From Desulfosporosinus sp. (lineage in GTDB: Bacteria > Bacillota > Desulfitobacteriia > Desulfitobacteriales > Desulfitobacteriaceae): DNA of 54,186 nt. Below, piece after piece: positions 25,188-35,846 of the stretch. Each line of letters begins with the position of its first letter. Within the stretch, counting starts at the first letter, position 1. The DNA is taken from contig JBMNTM010000001.1 of assembly GCA_050945735.1 (NCBI GenBank), positions 1 through 54,186 of the forward strand, read 5' to 3'. The translations under genes and the position numbers were made by a program. Below the pieces are notes generated by a model that was not told the origin of the DNA, made no database searches, and saw only the letters and a program-made list of their open reading frames with translations.

Positions 25188-26255
25188 ATGATTAGCGGTC
25201 GCTTACAGCGCATGCGTCAAAAGATGCAGGAAGAAAAAATTGATGCTTATGTGGTTATCCGCCCGGAAAATGGACGGTATTTGAGCGGCTTTACCGGTGG
25301 AGAAGCAACCTTGTACATTACGGCCGGGAAAGCCTTTCTCATGACGGATTTTCGTTACCTGGAACAAGCCAGGAGCGAGACTTCCGGGTTTGAAATCATT
25401 AAGACAGGACAGGATCATTTTGCATCGTTGGCGGAAATTGGACAACAGGCGCAGCGCGTTGGGTTTGAAGGAGATTTTATCACCTATGTGGGCTACCGAA
25501 AACTAAAAAATGCCCTTCCGCAAGCGGAACTTCTTTCTCTGCCCGAACTTGTCAGTGATTTGCGTGCGGTGAAGGACCAGACGGAGTTCGAGCTATTGCG
25601 GAAAGCTGTTATGATTGCTGATGACGCTTTTGCCAACGTGTTAAGGTTGCTTGAAATCGGTCAGACAGAAGAAGAGATTGGCATTAACCTGGAATTTTTC
25701 ATGCGTCGGGCTGGTGCTAGCGGCGGTTCTTTTCCATTTATCGTGGCTTCGGGTGTTCGTTCGGCCTTACCCCATGGCACGTCCAGTTCCAAGCAGATTC
25801 AATTGGGTGAGTTCCTTACTATGGATTTCGGGGCGATCTATCAGGGTTACTGCTCCGATATAACCCGGACGGTGTTTTTAGGCGAACCGGCAGACAAGCA
25901 CAGGGAAGTTTATGCGCTTGTCTTGGCAGCCCAGCAGGCAGGAATTGCAGCGGTTGCGCCGGAGCGGACCGGAAAAGAAGTGGATGCGGCAGCTCGCAAA
26001 ATCATTAAAGAGGCTGGTTATGGTGATTACTTCGGACATGGTTTGGGACACTCCGTGGGGCTGGCCGTTCATGAGGAGCCAAACTTAAATATGCGGGAGG
26101 AGCGCCGGCTTAAACCGGGTATGGTCATGACTGTCGAACCAGGTATTTATATCCCGGGTTGGGGCGGTGTCCGGATTGAAGACATTGTTTTGGTGACGGA
26201 TAATGGTTGTGAGGTTTTAACAAAGGCACCAAAAGAGCTGATTATCCTTGAGTAA
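25188..26255 (+). CDS. Xaa-Pro aminopeptidase (M24, YqhT/PapA-like)
   Basis: YLSGFTG, TDFRY, ALPHG, DFG..Y.SDITRT, HGLGHSVGL.VHE, TVEPGIY, GVRIED. Confidence 0.93.
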   Translation: MISGRLQRMRQKMQEEKIDAYVVIRPENGRYLSGFTGGEATLYITAGKAFLMTDFRYLEQARSETSGFEIIKTGQDHFASLAEIGQQAQRVGFEGDFITYVGYRKLKNALPQAELLSLPELVSDLRAVKDQTEFELLRKAVMIADDAFANVLRLLEIGQTEEEIGINLEFFMRRAGASGGSFPFIVASGVRSALPHGTSSSKQIQLGEFLTMDFGAIYQGYCSDITRTVFLGEPADKHREVYALVLAAQQAGIAAVAPERTGKEVDAAARKIIKEAGYGDYFGHGLGHSVGLAVHEEPNLNMREERRLKPGMVMTVEPGIYIPGWGGVRIEDIVLVTDNGCEVLTKAPKELIILE

Positions 26256-26334
26256 GTAAGAGGTCTTTTTTAAGTATTAACATATAGAAAGGACAAGCTT
26301 ACGATAATTAGAATTTAGGGGGGGAAATATAGTT

Positions 26335-26892
26335 ATGATTTCTGTAAACGATTTTAAAACAGGTTTAACAATTCAAGTAGATGGTGAAGTGTACTCTGTG
26401 GTTGAGTTTCAACACGTTAAACCGGGTAAAGGGGCAGCTTTTGTCCGGACTAAATTAAAAAATGTTAAATCGGGCGGGATCGTAGAGCGGAAGTTTAATG
26501 CCGGCGAAAAAGTTTCGAAGGCCCATGTTGAACGACGTGAAATGGATTACCTTTATAAAGACGGAGAACTTTTTGTAGTCATGGACAAGGAAACTTATGA
26601 GCAAATATCCCTGACTATAGATCAAATTGGAGACGGGATAAAGTGGCTGAAAGAAAACATGACCTTAGGGGTACTCTTTTTTGATGCTCAAGTTATCGGC
26701 GTTGATGTGCCAAATACTGTCCAACTTGTTGTTGCTGCTACTGAACCAGGGGTACGAGGCGATACGGCAACCGGAGGCTCAAAACCGGCCACCTTGGAAA
26801 CCGGTACGGTGGTACAAGTTCCCTTTTTTGTTAATGAAGGGGATGTACTGATCATTGATACCAGAACAGGACAATATGTTCAACGTGCCTAG
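26335..26892 (+). CDS. efp: Elongation factor P
   Basis: [36 protein letters not shown]. Confidence 0.98.
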   Translation: MISVNDFKTGLTIQVDGEVYSVVEFQHVKPGKGAAFVRTKLKNVKSGGIVERKFNAGEKVSKAHVERREMDYLYKDGELFVVMDKETYEQISLTIDQIGDGIKWLKENMTLGVLFFDAQVIGVDVPNTVQLVVAATEPGVRGDTATGGSKPATLETGTVVQVPFFVNEGDVLIIDTRTGQYVQRA

Positions 26893-26925
26893 TCCGGCAA
26901 GAATAGTAGTAAAAAATTTTTGCAT

Positions 26926-26970
26926 AGGAGTGCTGCGAACGTGATATCTTAACCGCAGCACTCTTTATTT
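26926..26970 (+). terminator. Probable terminator after efp
   Basis: GAGTGCTGCG...CGCAGCACTC followed by TTTATTT. Confidence 0.6.
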
Positions 26971-27132
26971 GTCACACTTACCACATAATTGAGATTTTCA
27001 GCAAAGTTAGGAAGAGAAGAAAAGAGGCGCCCAGTGAAGAGCAAGCTATAAGTTTACTAAAAATAAATAGGAAGTATTGGAAATACAGACGAAAAAGATG
27101 TCTTAAATTTTGAGGCATCTTTTCTTAATTAT

Positions 27133-27161
27133 GTCTAAAACCAAAAAGGAGGACATACCTT
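27133..27161 (+). promoter_or_regulatory. Putative sigma-E promoter of the spoIIIA operon
   Basis: GTCTAAA-N14-CATACCTT; spoIIIA is sigma-E-dependent in Bacillota. Confidence 0.55.
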
Positions 27162-27181
27162 CTATCAAGGGGGGCAATGGC

Positions 27182-28255
27182 GTGTCGCTGCATTATACAG
27201 TATCTGTTGTTCAGGATTCTAAAGTAAGGTCAAATTTGCCAAAACCCATGACTTCTAATAGTGAGGAGAGCTTTTCCTGTTCAGAGCGGAGTATTGCTTT
27301 CTGGATGGATATGGCTAAGTGGTTTGGTAAAGATGTTCGTTCAATTTTCGACAAGATCAGGACTATCTCTTTTTATAAGGTTGAGGAGATACGTTTGCGT
27401 GTCGGACAACCACTTTTAGTATGTACAGCGGACTCAGATCATTTCCTAAGTCGGGAAGGTGAAGAAACGAATCCGGAAAGGGCTTATATTGTCACGCGGA
27501 AAGATTTGGTTTGTGCGCTGGAAAAAATGACCCATAGTTCGCTTTATGCTGTCGAAGAGAATCTTAAACAGGGATTTATAACCCTTCCGGGAGGGAATCG
27601 CGTCGGGATTACCGGAGAGGTAGTCTTGGTAAATGGCCAAATTCAAACGTTAAAGCATGTATCAGCCCTTAACCTGCGCATCGCCCGCGAGATTAAGGGA
27701 CAAGGCCTGAAGATTATCCCCTTGCTTATGGGGGCAGACGGAATGTTAAAGCATACGCTTCTGATCTCCCCGCCCCGGGCTGGTAAAACGACTCTCTTAC
27801 GGGATCTGATTCGAATAATTAGTAACGGGGTGCCGCAAATTGGACTAAGGGGGCAGACCGTCGGCGTGGTGGATGAACGTGGGGAACTTGCTGGGATGTG
27901 GCAAGGTGTGCCTACTTATAACCTGGGGTACCGCACAGATGTGTTGGATGGCTGCCCAAAAGCCAGTGGCATGAACATGCTTGTTCGTTCGATGGCCCCC
28001 CAAGTGATGGCCATGGATGAGCTCGGTCACAGCGACGATGTGAATGCCCTCGTGGATGCTTTGCGCACCGGGGTGAGAATTCTTAGTACAGCGCACGCCG
28101 CTTCTTTGGAAGAAGCCCTCAGAAGGCCGACTTTAGCTCGTTTGTTGGAGCAGGGAGTATTTGAACGCTTGGTTGTTTTAAGCAGAAAACATGGGCCGGG
28201 AACGATTAATGGAGTATATGATCTTAAGAACGGGAGGAGCCTAAGATGCTCATAA
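27182..28255 (+). CDS. spoIIIAA: Stage III sporulation protein AA (ATPase)
   Basis: EEIRLRVG, GFITLPGGNRVG, SPPRAGKTTLLRD, DERGE, RTDVLD.CPK, DELG; GTG 27182 after AAGGGGGG. Confidence 0.95.
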   Translation: MSLHYTVSVVQDSKVRSNLPKPMTSNSEESFSCSERSIAFWMDMAKWFGKDVRSIFDKIRTISFYKVEEIRLRVGQPLLVCTADSDHFLSREGEETNPERAYIVTRKDLVCALEKMTHSSLYAVEENLKQGFITLPGGNRVGITGEVVLVNGQIQTLKHVSALNLRIAREIKGQGLKIIPLLMGADGMLKHTLLISPPRAGKTTLLRDLIRIISNGVPQIGLRGQTVGVVDERGELAGMWQGVPTYNLGYRTDVLDGCPKASGMNMLVRSMAPQVMAMDELGHSDDVNALVDALRTGVRILSTAHAASLEEALRRPTLARLLEQGVFERLVVLSRKHGPGTINGVYDLKNGRSLRCS

Positions 28256-28755
28256 TAGGGTGCGTCGCATTGATCGCCGGGTGCGGGAGTTTGGGACTTT
28301 GGTCGGCTCACCGAATCAGGCTAAGGCCTGTGGAATTACGGGAATGTTTAATGGCCTTGGCCCTGTTGGATACGGAAATTGTCTGGGGGGCAACCCCTTT
28401 ACCGGAGGCCTTCTGTAACGTGAAGGAACGTACCAATCAACCCTGGCAAGGTTTTTTCGCAGAACTGCAGGAACGTTTGCAGGGCGGAGAGTCCGCCAGC
28501 TTGGCTTGGCAAGAGACCATCGCCAAACAAAAGCAGCATTTTTGTTTAAAAAAGGAAGATTGGCAAGTGATCGGCGACGTGGGCAAAGGGTTAGGCCGCT
28601 CGGACAGTGCGGAGCAGCATAAACAGTTAGAACTGGTGCAACGTCAACTCGCCTTAATTAAAGAACAAGCGGGAATATGGTCTGACAAGCAAGCAAAAAT
28701 GTGGTCCTATCTGGGTTTTTTATTTGGCATTGCCGGGGTGCTCATTTTAATTTAA
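28246..28755 (+). CDS. spoIIIAB: Stage III sporulation protein AB
   Basis: R..EL....LALLDTEI.WG.TPL, LG.SD..EQ.K, C-terminal TM; operon position. Confidence 0.9.
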   Translation: MLIIGCVALIAGCGSLGLWSAHRIRLRPVELRECLMALALLDTEIVWGATPLPEAFCNVKERTNQPWQGFFAELQERLQGGESASLAWQETIAKQKQHFCLKKEDWQVIGDVGKGLGRSDSAEQHKQLELVQRQLALIKEQAGIWSDKQAKMWSYLGFLFGIAGVLILI

Positions 28756-28776
28756 CCAGGGAGAGGAGTCGGGGAA

Positions 28777-28974
28777 ATGAGCTTTAACCTGATTATTACT
28801 GTGGCCGGAATTGGGATATTAGTTGGGGTATTGGCATCCGTGCTGGATTCGTCCGGCCGCAAGGAAATGGCTCAGAGCGTGACAATTATCGGTGTTATTG
28901 TAGTTCTCTATATTGTCGTTCAGTCGATTGCTGAATTATTTGCTTTAGTAAAAAGTGTTTTTAATCTTTATTAG
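28777..28974 (+). CDS. spoIIIAC: Stage III sporulation protein AC
   Basis: AGIGILV..L..SGRKE.A..V; 65-aa two-TM protein; position. Confidence 0.9.
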   Translation: MSFNLIITVAGIGILVGVLASVLDSSGRKEMAQSVTIIGVIVVLYIVVQSIAELFALVKSVFNLY

Positions 28975-28985
28975 GGGGCTAAGAC

Positions 28986-29378
28986 GTGGAAATATGGCAA
29001 ATCGTAGGGCTGGCCCTGATTGTGACGATTATGAGTGTTGTTCTTAAGCAAATACGACCCGAAATTGCTCTGCAGCTGACCATCTTAGCGGGTACGTTGA
29101 TATTTATCCTGGTGATGAACAAGATCAAGGTCATTGTTGATTTACTTCAGAACCTGGCCGTTCAAGCTAATATCAATTCATATTACTTACTTATTGTTCT
29201 AAAGATTGTCGGCGTAGCCTATTTAGCTGAGTTTGGCGCACAAATCTGCCGTGATGCAGGAGAAGGTGCTTTAGCCAGTAAAATTGAGCTGGCCGCTAAA
29301 GTCGGCGTTATTATCTTAGCTATTCCTATTATTGTAGCCATTACAGAGTCGCTGGTCCGACTCTTTCCCGTGAGGTGA
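28986..29378 (+). CDS. spoIIIAD: Stage III sporulation protein AD
   Basis: LKIVGVAYLAEFGAQICRDAGEGALASKIE. Confidence 0.95.
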   Translation: MEIWQIVGLALIVTIMSVVLKQIRPEIALQLTILAGTLIFILVMNKIKVIVDLLQNLAVQANINSYYLLIVLKIVGVAYLAEFGAQICRDAGEGALASKIELAAKVGVIILAIPIIVAITESLVRLFPVR

Positions 29379-30553
29379 TCTATTTGCGGCGATTCTTCGT
29401 TCTGTTACTACTATTTGTTGTCTTGATGAGTGGGACAACTTCCCCCGTTCTTGCTGAGGAGGTTATTCCGCAAACGGAGTCTGCAGGACTATCCGAGCAG
29501 ATTGATTTAAGCCAAATGCGCGGGTATCTCGAACAACTTGACGCCGATGTATTGCAGGCTATGCCTGAGCTTTCATTAACGCGTATGTTTGAGGAATTAA
29601 AGAGCGGAACCCTGGATCTGAGCCCGGAAAAAATCGGCCGGAGCTTATTGGGGATCCTGGGAAGGGAAGTGATAAACAGCGCTCCCTTAATCGGCAAGTT
29701 ACTTATTCTGGCGGTACTTTGTGCAGTGTTAGGACAACTGCAGGCAGCCTATGGCGGAAATGTGGGGAAGATTGCCAGGTTTATGACTTACCTTGTTCTA
29801 CTGAGTTTGGCTTTGACTGCTTTTCAGGAAGCCTTAGGTGTCGCTACGGGGACAATTGACAAGATTGTTGGTTTGATGCAAACGTTATTTCCAGTGATGT
29901 TAACCTTACTGATTTCCATGGGGAACCTCACCAGTGCAGCTTTGTTTAAACCTCTCGTTCTGGGAAGCTTGACGGTTTTAGCCACAATGATTAAAACGAT
30001 TGTGTTACAGCTCTTTTTTCTGGCAGCTGTACTGCGACTTTTTAATCATATCTCGGAACACTTTAAGCTGAACAAACTTGCCGGACTGTTGGAATTTGCC
30101 GGCAAATTGAGTTTGGGAGTCATTTTGACCGTGTTTATCGGAGTAATGACCGTGCAAGGGGTAACCGGAGGGGTCGCGGATAGTGTAGTTTTCCGGACGG
30201 CAAAATATTCGGCGGATCTTATCCCGGTCGTAGGTAAATTCTTTAAAGACGCTGTCGAACTGGTTATTACATCCGGTTTACTGCTCAAAAACGCTGTCGG
30301 CATAATCGCTCTACTGGCTATTATTGTGATCTGTGTAGCTCCTGTGGTAAAAATATTAGCCATGATCCTGGTGTTTCGGATTTCAGCGGCCCTGATCGAA
30401 CCACTTGGCGAAAATGCCCTTGCAGAAAGCTTACAGGATATGTCCAAGAGTTTAATTTTTATTCTGGTAACCGTAGCTTCGGTGTCAATAATGTTTTTTA
30501 TGACTGTTGCCGTGGTTGTCGGAACGGGAACTTTTTCAGTGATGATGCATTAG
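29375..30553 (+). CDS. spoIIIAE: Stage III sporulation protein AE
   Basis: Multi-TM protein; IPVVGKFFKDA..LLKNAVG; AALIEP. Confidence 0.93.
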   Translation: MIYLRRFFVLLLLFVVLMSGTTSPVLAEEVIPQTESAGLSEQIDLSQMRGYLEQLDADVLQAMPELSLTRMFEELKSGTLDLSPEKIGRSLLGILGREVINSAPLIGKLLILAVLCAVLGQLQAAYGGNVGKIARFMTYLVLLSLALTAFQEALGVATGTIDKIVGLMQTLFPVMLTLLISMGNLTSAALFKPLVLGSLTVLATMIKTIVLQLFFLAAVLRLFNHISEHFKLNKLAGLLEFAGKLSLGVILTVFIGVMTVQGVTGGVADSVVFRTAKYSADLIPVVGKFFKDAVELVITSGLLLKNAVGIIALLAIIVICVAPVVKILAMILVFRISAALIEPLGENALAESLQDMSKSLIFILVTVASVSIMFFMTVAVVVGTGTFSVMMH

Positions 30554-30567
30554 GGAGGGGAATCAAT

Positions 30568-31149
30568 GTGCAGACATTACAGAATCTTGTGCGTAATTTG
30601 GTCGTGATCTTATTATTGGCTACTTTTCTGGAAATGCTGCTTCCCAATAAATCAATGCGTGGATTTGTCCAGATGGTGATGGGTTTGTTTGTAATCTCTG
30701 CTATTCTCGCTCCGATCACAACGTTTTTGCATACGCCATTAGAGATGGAAATACCAGCTTGGGCGGCCACAAGGCCGCAGGATTTACCGGCAATAGCCAC
30801 TGAGGGGCAAGGGCAAAAATTGGCGCAAAATGCAGTGCAAGAGCAATATCGTCAGATTCTTATTAATCAGATTAAAGCCCTAGCCATGGGTACGGAGGGA
30901 GTGGAGGGTGCGGAGGTCAGCGTAGAGTTTGAAGAGGGATCGAGCGGCTTGATAGATCAACCAAAGATCGCTTTAGTAACAGTTACTCTTACTGCTGCCA
31001 AGGAAGAGATCCTGCCGGTTGAACCCATAACGATTGGAGAATCCTCTTCTCCTACGAAAAATCAGTCCCCTAGGGCCGACAAAACCCGTGAAAAAATTGC
31101 TGAGTTAATGAGTATTCCGAAAGAAAAGATTATCGTTCAAGAAGGTTAG
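30568..31149 (+). CDS. spoIIIAF: Stage III sporulation protein AF
   Basis: EMLLPNKSMRGFVQMVMGL..IL.P; position. Confidence 0.9.
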   Translation: MQTLQNLVRNLVVILLLATFLEMLLPNKSMRGFVQMVMGLFVISAILAPITTFLHTPLEMEIPAWAATRPQDLPAIATEGQGQKLAQNAVQEQYRQILINQIKALAMGTEGVEGAEVSVEFEEGSSGLIDQPKIALVTVTLTAAKEEILPVEPITIGESSSPTKNQSPRADKTREKIAELMSIPKEKIIVQEG

Positions 31150-31181
31150 GGAGAAAAAGTTCAGAAAGGAGATCCTGAAAT

Positions 31182-31751
31182 ATGAAGAAACTTGAAGATA
31201 TTTTATCTTCGAACAAAACTTTACTTTGTTTAGTGGCCATTATCGCGCTTGGGATGTCATTTATTTACTTGGGTAAAGGGTCTGCAGTGTTTACCCAGGG
31301 AACAGTGACAGATTCTGCCCAGACAATTCCCGCAGCAGTTTCCATGACAAAACTTGGTGCTTTAGAAAAAGAACTGGAAAATAAACTACAAAATAATTTA
31401 TTACAAATGAAAGGGGCAGGTAAGGTGCAAGTTTCGGTAAGCTTTTCCACAGGACTGAAAACTGAATATGCGCGTAATGAGAATGTTACCAAACGAACAT
31501 CGAAGGAAACCGATAAAGCGGGCGGCATTCGGGAAACAACGGAAGTAACGCAAAATAATCAAGTGGTTATGCCCAGTGGTGCTGCCCAGCCGGTGATGGT
31601 GTCCGAAGATCGTCCGGAGGTTGCCGGAGTTTTAATCATTGCCGAAGGAGCAAAGGATGCAAAGGTGAGAGAAGCAATTCATTTGGCTGTACAAACACTC
31701 CTTAGCATACCGGGTAATAAAATTACGGTCGTGCCGATGGGAGGAGTATAA
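31182..31751 (+). CDS. spoIIIAG: Stage III sporulation protein AG
   Basis: LE..L..MKGAGKVQV; PEVAGVLIIAEGA; AV..LL.IP.NKI.V. Confidence 0.92.
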   Translation: MKKLEDILSSNKTLLCLVAIIALGMSFIYLGKGSAVFTQGTVTDSAQTIPAAVSMTKLGALEKELENKLQNNLLQMKGAGKVQVSVSFSTGLKTEYARNENVTKRTSKETDKAGGIRETTEVTQNNQVVMPSGAAQPVMVSEDRPEVAGVLIIAEGAKDAKVREAIHLAVQTLLSIPGNKITVVPMGGV

Positions 31752-31754
31752 TCT

Positions 31755-32321
31755 ATGTTTAATAAGCAAAGAAAGCAGTTAGCCATGCGGCGGCACATTA
31801 AGATCTGGTTCGGAGGGCTCGTAGTCTTGGCGGTAATCCTTGCGGTAATTGGGAGTTGGGTAAAGAAGATAGAACCGCCAATCTATTTTTCCGTACAATC
31901 AGGCTTACCGGTCAGTGCTGTTATTGAGAATACGCCGCTGCAGTTTGAGGTTGAAACTATCAATCAAAACATATCAGGGGAAAATTATTTTGTAAATTAT
32001 CGCTTGAAACGAGAGCAGTATCGCCAGGAGACTAAAGCTATGCTCCTGGAGTTACTAAACGCCGCGGAAGATAAGAATATGGGCCAAGCGCAAAAAAACT
32101 GGCTGGAACTGAGCATGAAAATATTAAAAGAAGGAGAAATTGAGAATCTTCTCAATATGAAAGGGTTTCAAGATGCTGTTGCAGATGTCTCTTCGGAAAA
32201 CGTTACAGTAATTGTTTATGCTTCTGACTTAACGCCGCATGAGGTCAGTATGATTCAGGATATAGTCGTCCGCACAACAAACGTGCGACTGGATAAAATT
32301 GTAATATCAACCAGGGATTAA
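31755..32321 (+). CDS. spoIIIAH: Stage III sporulation protein AH-like
   Basis: YF..YRLKRE..R; EIENLL..KGF.DA; I.DIV.R.T; position. Confidence 0.85.
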   Translation: MFNKQRKQLAMRRHIKIWFGGLVVLAVILAVIGSWVKKIEPPIYFSVQSGLPVSAVIENTPLQFEVETINQNISGENYFVNYRLKREQYRQETKAMLLELLNAAEDKNMGQAQKNWLELSMKILKEGEIENLLNMKGFQDAVADVSSENVTVIVYASDLTPHEVSMIQDIVVRTTNVRLDKIVISTRD

Positions 32322-32380
32322 ATGTGCATTTGCTGTTTCAGTCAGAAAAATTACCTGATCCGCACGGACTAAAAGATTTT

Positions 32381-32440
32381 ATATTCGTTGTGAAAAAACT
32401 AAGAAGCGAGATATTCATTGTGAAATAACTAAGAAGCGAG
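32381..32440 (+). repeat. 30-bp tandem duplication upstream of accB
   Basis: ATATTC(G/A)TTGTGAAA(A/T)AACTAAGAAGCGAG x2, two mismatches. Confidence 0.9.
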
Positions 32441-32612
32441 GCGCGAGTTTTGATATTGGATTTTGTGCCTCGCGTTTCGCATCCATTGCAGGGATTTCAA
32501 AAAATGGCTAGAATACAAAAAAAGGGGTAAAGGGGTAGGGACGAACTCATACCGTATTAAACGCGTTATACAGGGTAAGAATAAATTAGGTTATCTAAGG
32601 AGGATTCATAAT

Positions 32613-33098
32613 ATGAATTTGCAGGAAATTAAAGAATTAATCAAGATAATAGATGAAACTGAAATTAGTGAATTTAAGCTTGAAAGCGAGGGAGTAAAAG
32701 TATCTATTCGCAAAGAACCAAGTGTGTTAGCCGGTATACCGGACACAGCCGTCGTTCATCCGGAGAGGCAGCCTGTTATTGTACAACAAACCGGACAATC
32801 TGCTATTGGTATTAAAGCACCTGTTTACAAAACACCGGAGCCGGATCTTTTAGCGAACACGGGAATGATTACCTCTCCCATGGTAGGAACATTTTATAGT
32901 ACACCGTCTCCGGAAGCGCCTGCGTTTGTTAGAGTAGGTGAGCATATCAAAGTAGGGCAGCTTGTTTGCATTATTGAGGCCATGAAATTGATGAACGAAA
33001 TTGAATCAGAAATAGAAGGCAAGCTCATAAAAATTCTTGCGGAGAACGGACAACCGGTTGAATATGGTCAACCGTTGTTCCTTATTGAAAAGGGGTAA
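32613..33098 (+). CDS. accB: Acetyl-CoA carboxylase biotin carboxyl carrier protein
   Basis: [25 protein letters not shown]; ATG 32613 after AGGAGG. Confidence 0.95.
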   Translation: MNLQEIKELIKIIDETEISEFKLESEGVKVSIRKEPSVLAGIPDTAVVHPERQPVIVQQTGQSAIGIKAPVYKTPEPDLLANTGMITSPMVGTFYSTPSPEAPAFVRVGEHIKVGQLVCIIEAMKLMNEIESEIEGKLIKILAENGQPVEYGQPLFLIEKG

Positions 33099-33102
33099 GA
33101 GC

Positions 33103-34449
33103 ATGTTTAAGAAAATTTTGATTGCGAATCGCGGAGAAATCGCTTTACGCGTCATTCGGGCATGTCGCGAGCTTGAAATAGAAACTGTCGCTGTTTTTTC
33201 TGAGGGCGATCGCGATGCTTTGCATGTCAAGGCAGCGGACGAAGCAATTTGCATTGGCCCTGTGGCAAGTTCCAAGAGTTATTTATTTATACCGAACATT
33301 ATTAGCGCGGCGGAATTAACGGGTGCTGAGGCAATTCACCCTGGATACGGTTTTTTAGCAGAAAATGCCCGCTTTGCCGAGATATGTGAATCATGTGGCA
33401 TCTCTTTTATTGGGCCGCCTCCAAAAGTCATTGAAATTATGGGGGATAAAGCCATGGCACGGAAAACTATGCTTGAGTCCGGTGTGCCTGTAGTTCCCGG
33501 TTCAGAAGATATTATCAATGATGAAGATACTGCCGAGAAAGTTGCGCAAAAAATCGGTTATCCGGTATTGATTAAAGCGTCTGCCGGTGGCGGTGGGAAA
33601 GGAATGCGTGTTGCGCAAAATTGTAAAGAATTGCGAAAAGCCATTCAAGCGGCACAAAATGAAGCTGAAGCTGCATTTGGCAACGCTGAGGTCTACCTGG
33701 AGAAATATGTTGAAGAACCAAAACATATAGAATTCCAAATCCTCGCCGATAAATATGGAAATGTAGTCCATTTGGGAGAACGGGATTGTTCTTTACAACG
33801 TCGTCACCAAAAATTATTGGAAGAATCTCCTTCCAGTGCTGTAACCCCGGAGTTAAGAGCTGAAATGGGTGCAACGGCAGTCAAAGCGGCCAAGTCGGTT
33901 AATTATTCAAATGCAGGGACAATCGAGTTTTTATTGGATCGTCACGGGAACTATTATTTCATTGAAATGAACACTCGGATTCAGGTTGAACATTCGGTAA
34001 CAGAGCTGGTAACGGGGCTTGATTTAGTCAAGGAGCAGATTCGTCTGGCAGCAGGTGAACCGCTGGGATTTACTCAAGATGATGTTCAACTGCGCGGTTG
34101 GGCAATAGAGTGCAGAATCAATGCGGAGGACATTGATAATAACTTCATGCCTTCACCAGGGACAGTCAATATTTATCATGTTCCGGGTGGACCTGGAGTA
34201 AGGGTTGACAGCGCAGTATATCAAGGCTATGAGATTTCACGCTATTATGATTCAATGGTGGGAAAACTGATTGTCTGGGATGCCACAAGACAGGGGGCTA
34301 TCGCAAGAATGAAGCGAGCACTTGAGGAATTTGTTATTGAAGGGATCCCGACTACGATCCCCTTTCATTTAAAAGTATTAGACAATGCCTTCTATCGCAG
34401 GGGGGAAGTATACACAAATTTTGTCCAGCGCCGTATTTTAGGGGATTAA
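33103..34449 (+). CDS. accC: Biotin carboxylase
   Basis: [43 protein letters not shown]. Confidence 0.97.
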   Translation: MFKKILIANRGEIALRVIRACRELEIETVAVFSEGDRDALHVKAADEAICIGPVASSKSYLFIPNIISAAELTGAEAIHPGYGFLAENARFAEICESCGISFIGPPPKVIEIMGDKAMARKTMLESGVPVVPGSEDIINDEDTAEKVAQKIGYPVLIKASAGGGGKGMRVAQNCKELRKAIQAAQNEAEAAFGNAEVYLEKYVEEPKHIEFQILADKYGNVVHLGERDCSLQRRHQKLLEESPSSAVTPELRAEMGATAVKAAKSVNYSNAGTIEFLLDRHGNYYFIEMNTRIQVEHSVTELVTGLDLVKEQIRLAAGEPLGFTQDDVQLRGWAIECRINAEDIDNNFMPSPGTVNIYHVPGGPGVRVDSAVYQGYEISRYYDSMVGKLIVWDATRQGAIARMKRALEEFVIEGIPTTIPFHLKVLDNAFYRRGEVYTNFVQRRILGD

Positions 34450-34467
34450 ATGAATCCGCAGAAAACT

Positions 34468-34496
34468 TTGCCAGGTTAAATATGATTTGTTATAAT
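34468..34496 (+). promoter_or_regulatory. Putative sigma-A promoter of the asp23-amaP-nusB unit
   Basis: TTGCCA-N17-TATAAT with TGn extended -10. Confidence 0.65.
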
Positions 34497-34640
34497 AGCA
34501 ACATCATTGGTCGAGAAGCCAACATTATGATGATTTTTATCACTTAGCTGCTTATTGCTAACATTTTTCGGTACTTATTTATTTTTATTGTAATATGAGT
34601 TCGCTACTCAAAGAGCGAACTTTGGAACATCAATAAGGGG

Positions 34641-35051
34641 GTGAAAGAAATGGAAAGTTTGGGAACGGATAATTCTCTTGGTTCTATTCGGATTGCTGAT
34701 GAAGTGGTTGAAGTCATTGCCGGATTAGCAGCTTCTGAAGTGGAAGGTGTAGTCGGTATGAGTGGCGGCTTTGTGGGAGACCTTGCCCATATATTAGGAA
34801 GAAATAAAAACTTGTCTAAAGGGGTTAAGGTTGAAGTTGGCGAACATGAGGTAGCTGTAGATCTCTATATTGTGGTGGAGTATGGTGTATCGATTCCAGA
34901 AGTCGCATTTAACGTGCAAAAAGCTGTGAAGGAAGCCATTGAAAGCATGACAGGGCTTAAGGTCGTCGAAGGAAATGTACATGTTCAAGGGGTCAATTTT
35001 AAACAGATACAGGAAATCAAAATTAAAGAAGAGGAATCTCGTCTGAAGTAG
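34641..35051 (+). CDS. Asp23/Gls24 family protein (YqhY-like)
   Basis: G.IRIADEVVEVIAGLAA.EVEGV, KGVKVEVG, VQ..V..AI..MTGL.V. Confidence 0.93.
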   Translation: MKEMESLGTDNSLGSIRIADEVVEVIAGLAASEVEGVVGMSGGFVGDLAHILGRNKNLSKGVKVEVGEHEVAVDLYIVVEYGVSIPEVAFNVQKAVKEAIESMTGLKVVEGNVHVQGVNFKQIQEIKIKEEESRLK

Positions 35052-35070
35052 TTGAAAGAGGGAAAGAAAA

Positions 35071-35586
35071 ATGTTAGCCTATGCCTTAGGACTCACCTTG
35101 ATACTGATGGCAATTTGGATATTAGCTCTAGCCACAGGGTGGGGGCTTCCTTATGTTCTGCTTGTTCAAGGACTTGACTGGTTAAAAGCAAACCCATGGG
35201 AAAGTATCATTGTGGCGGTTGCTTTGCTTCTATTGGGATTACTATTATTTATCCGACCGCACGCAAGCTCGGAACGTTTGTTTCAAACATCCTCCAAAGG
35301 GGGATATGTACGCATTACGCAGGATGCGTTACAGGAGATTATTGAGCGAAGTGCAACGGCGTTACAGGGTGTATTGCAGGTTAAGTCGCAGCTTCGGCAG
35401 CGGGATGCCGGACTTCAGATTACCCTCTCTTGCCAATTTGAGCAGGGCGAACGTATCCCCCAAAAGTCAGCAGAACTGCAAGCAAAGATCAAGGAGGATG
35501 TCGAATTTTATACAGGAATTAAGGTGACAGAGGTGAAAGTGCTGGTGCTGCGTATGGAGAAGGCCCAAGTGACACGTGTCCGATGA
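35071..35586 (+). CDS. amaP: Alkaline shock response membrane anchor AmaP-like protein
   Basis: Two N-terminal TMs; G.VRI...A; LQ..IK..V...TGI.V..V.V; follows asp23. Confidence 0.75.
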   Translation: MLAYALGLTLILMAIWILALATGWGLPYVLLVQGLDWLKANPWESIIVAVALLLLGLLLFIRPHASSERLFQTSSKGGYVRITQDALQEIIERSATALQGVLQVKSQLRQRDAGLQITLSCQFEQGERIPQKSAELQAKIKEDVEFYTGIKVTEVKVLVLRMEKAQVTRVR

Positions 35587-35846
35587 GAGAGTTCTGGTCA
35601 AAGATGGGAGAGAAGCTAGCCCGGTTTTTCGGTTGGGCAATAGACAATCATCCTGCTAAACTTATTGGAACATCTCTTGGCTTTGTTCTGGGTATGCTAT
35701 TGATAACTTTTGGCTTTTGGCGCACGTTGGTATTAGCATTATTTATAGTACTGGGATTTGTAATAGGAAAATTACAAGATGATCATAAATTTATTTCTAC
35801 TTGGCTAGAAAAAATTTTAAATGGTACTAGGAGGAATTTTCCTTGA
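35583..35846 (+). CDS. Small integral membrane protein (DUF2273-like)
   Basis: G...GF..G.L...FGFWRTL......G..IG..D; conserved position before nusB. Confidence 0.75.
   Translation: MREFWSKMGEKLARFFGWAIDNHPAKLIGTSLGFVLGMLLITFGFWRTLVLALFIVLGFVIGKLQDDHKFISTWLEKILNGTRRNFP

Noticed and set aside
32388-32435. Rex operators (TTGTGAA half-sites)
   Set aside because: The right half-sites (CTAAGAA) match the palindrome poorly
32463-32612. Long N-terminal extension of AccB in the ORF track (similar cases for accC, hsp20, xseA, dxs, nfnB, spoIIIAA)
   Set aside because: Better RBS-associated starts lie downstream and match family N-termini
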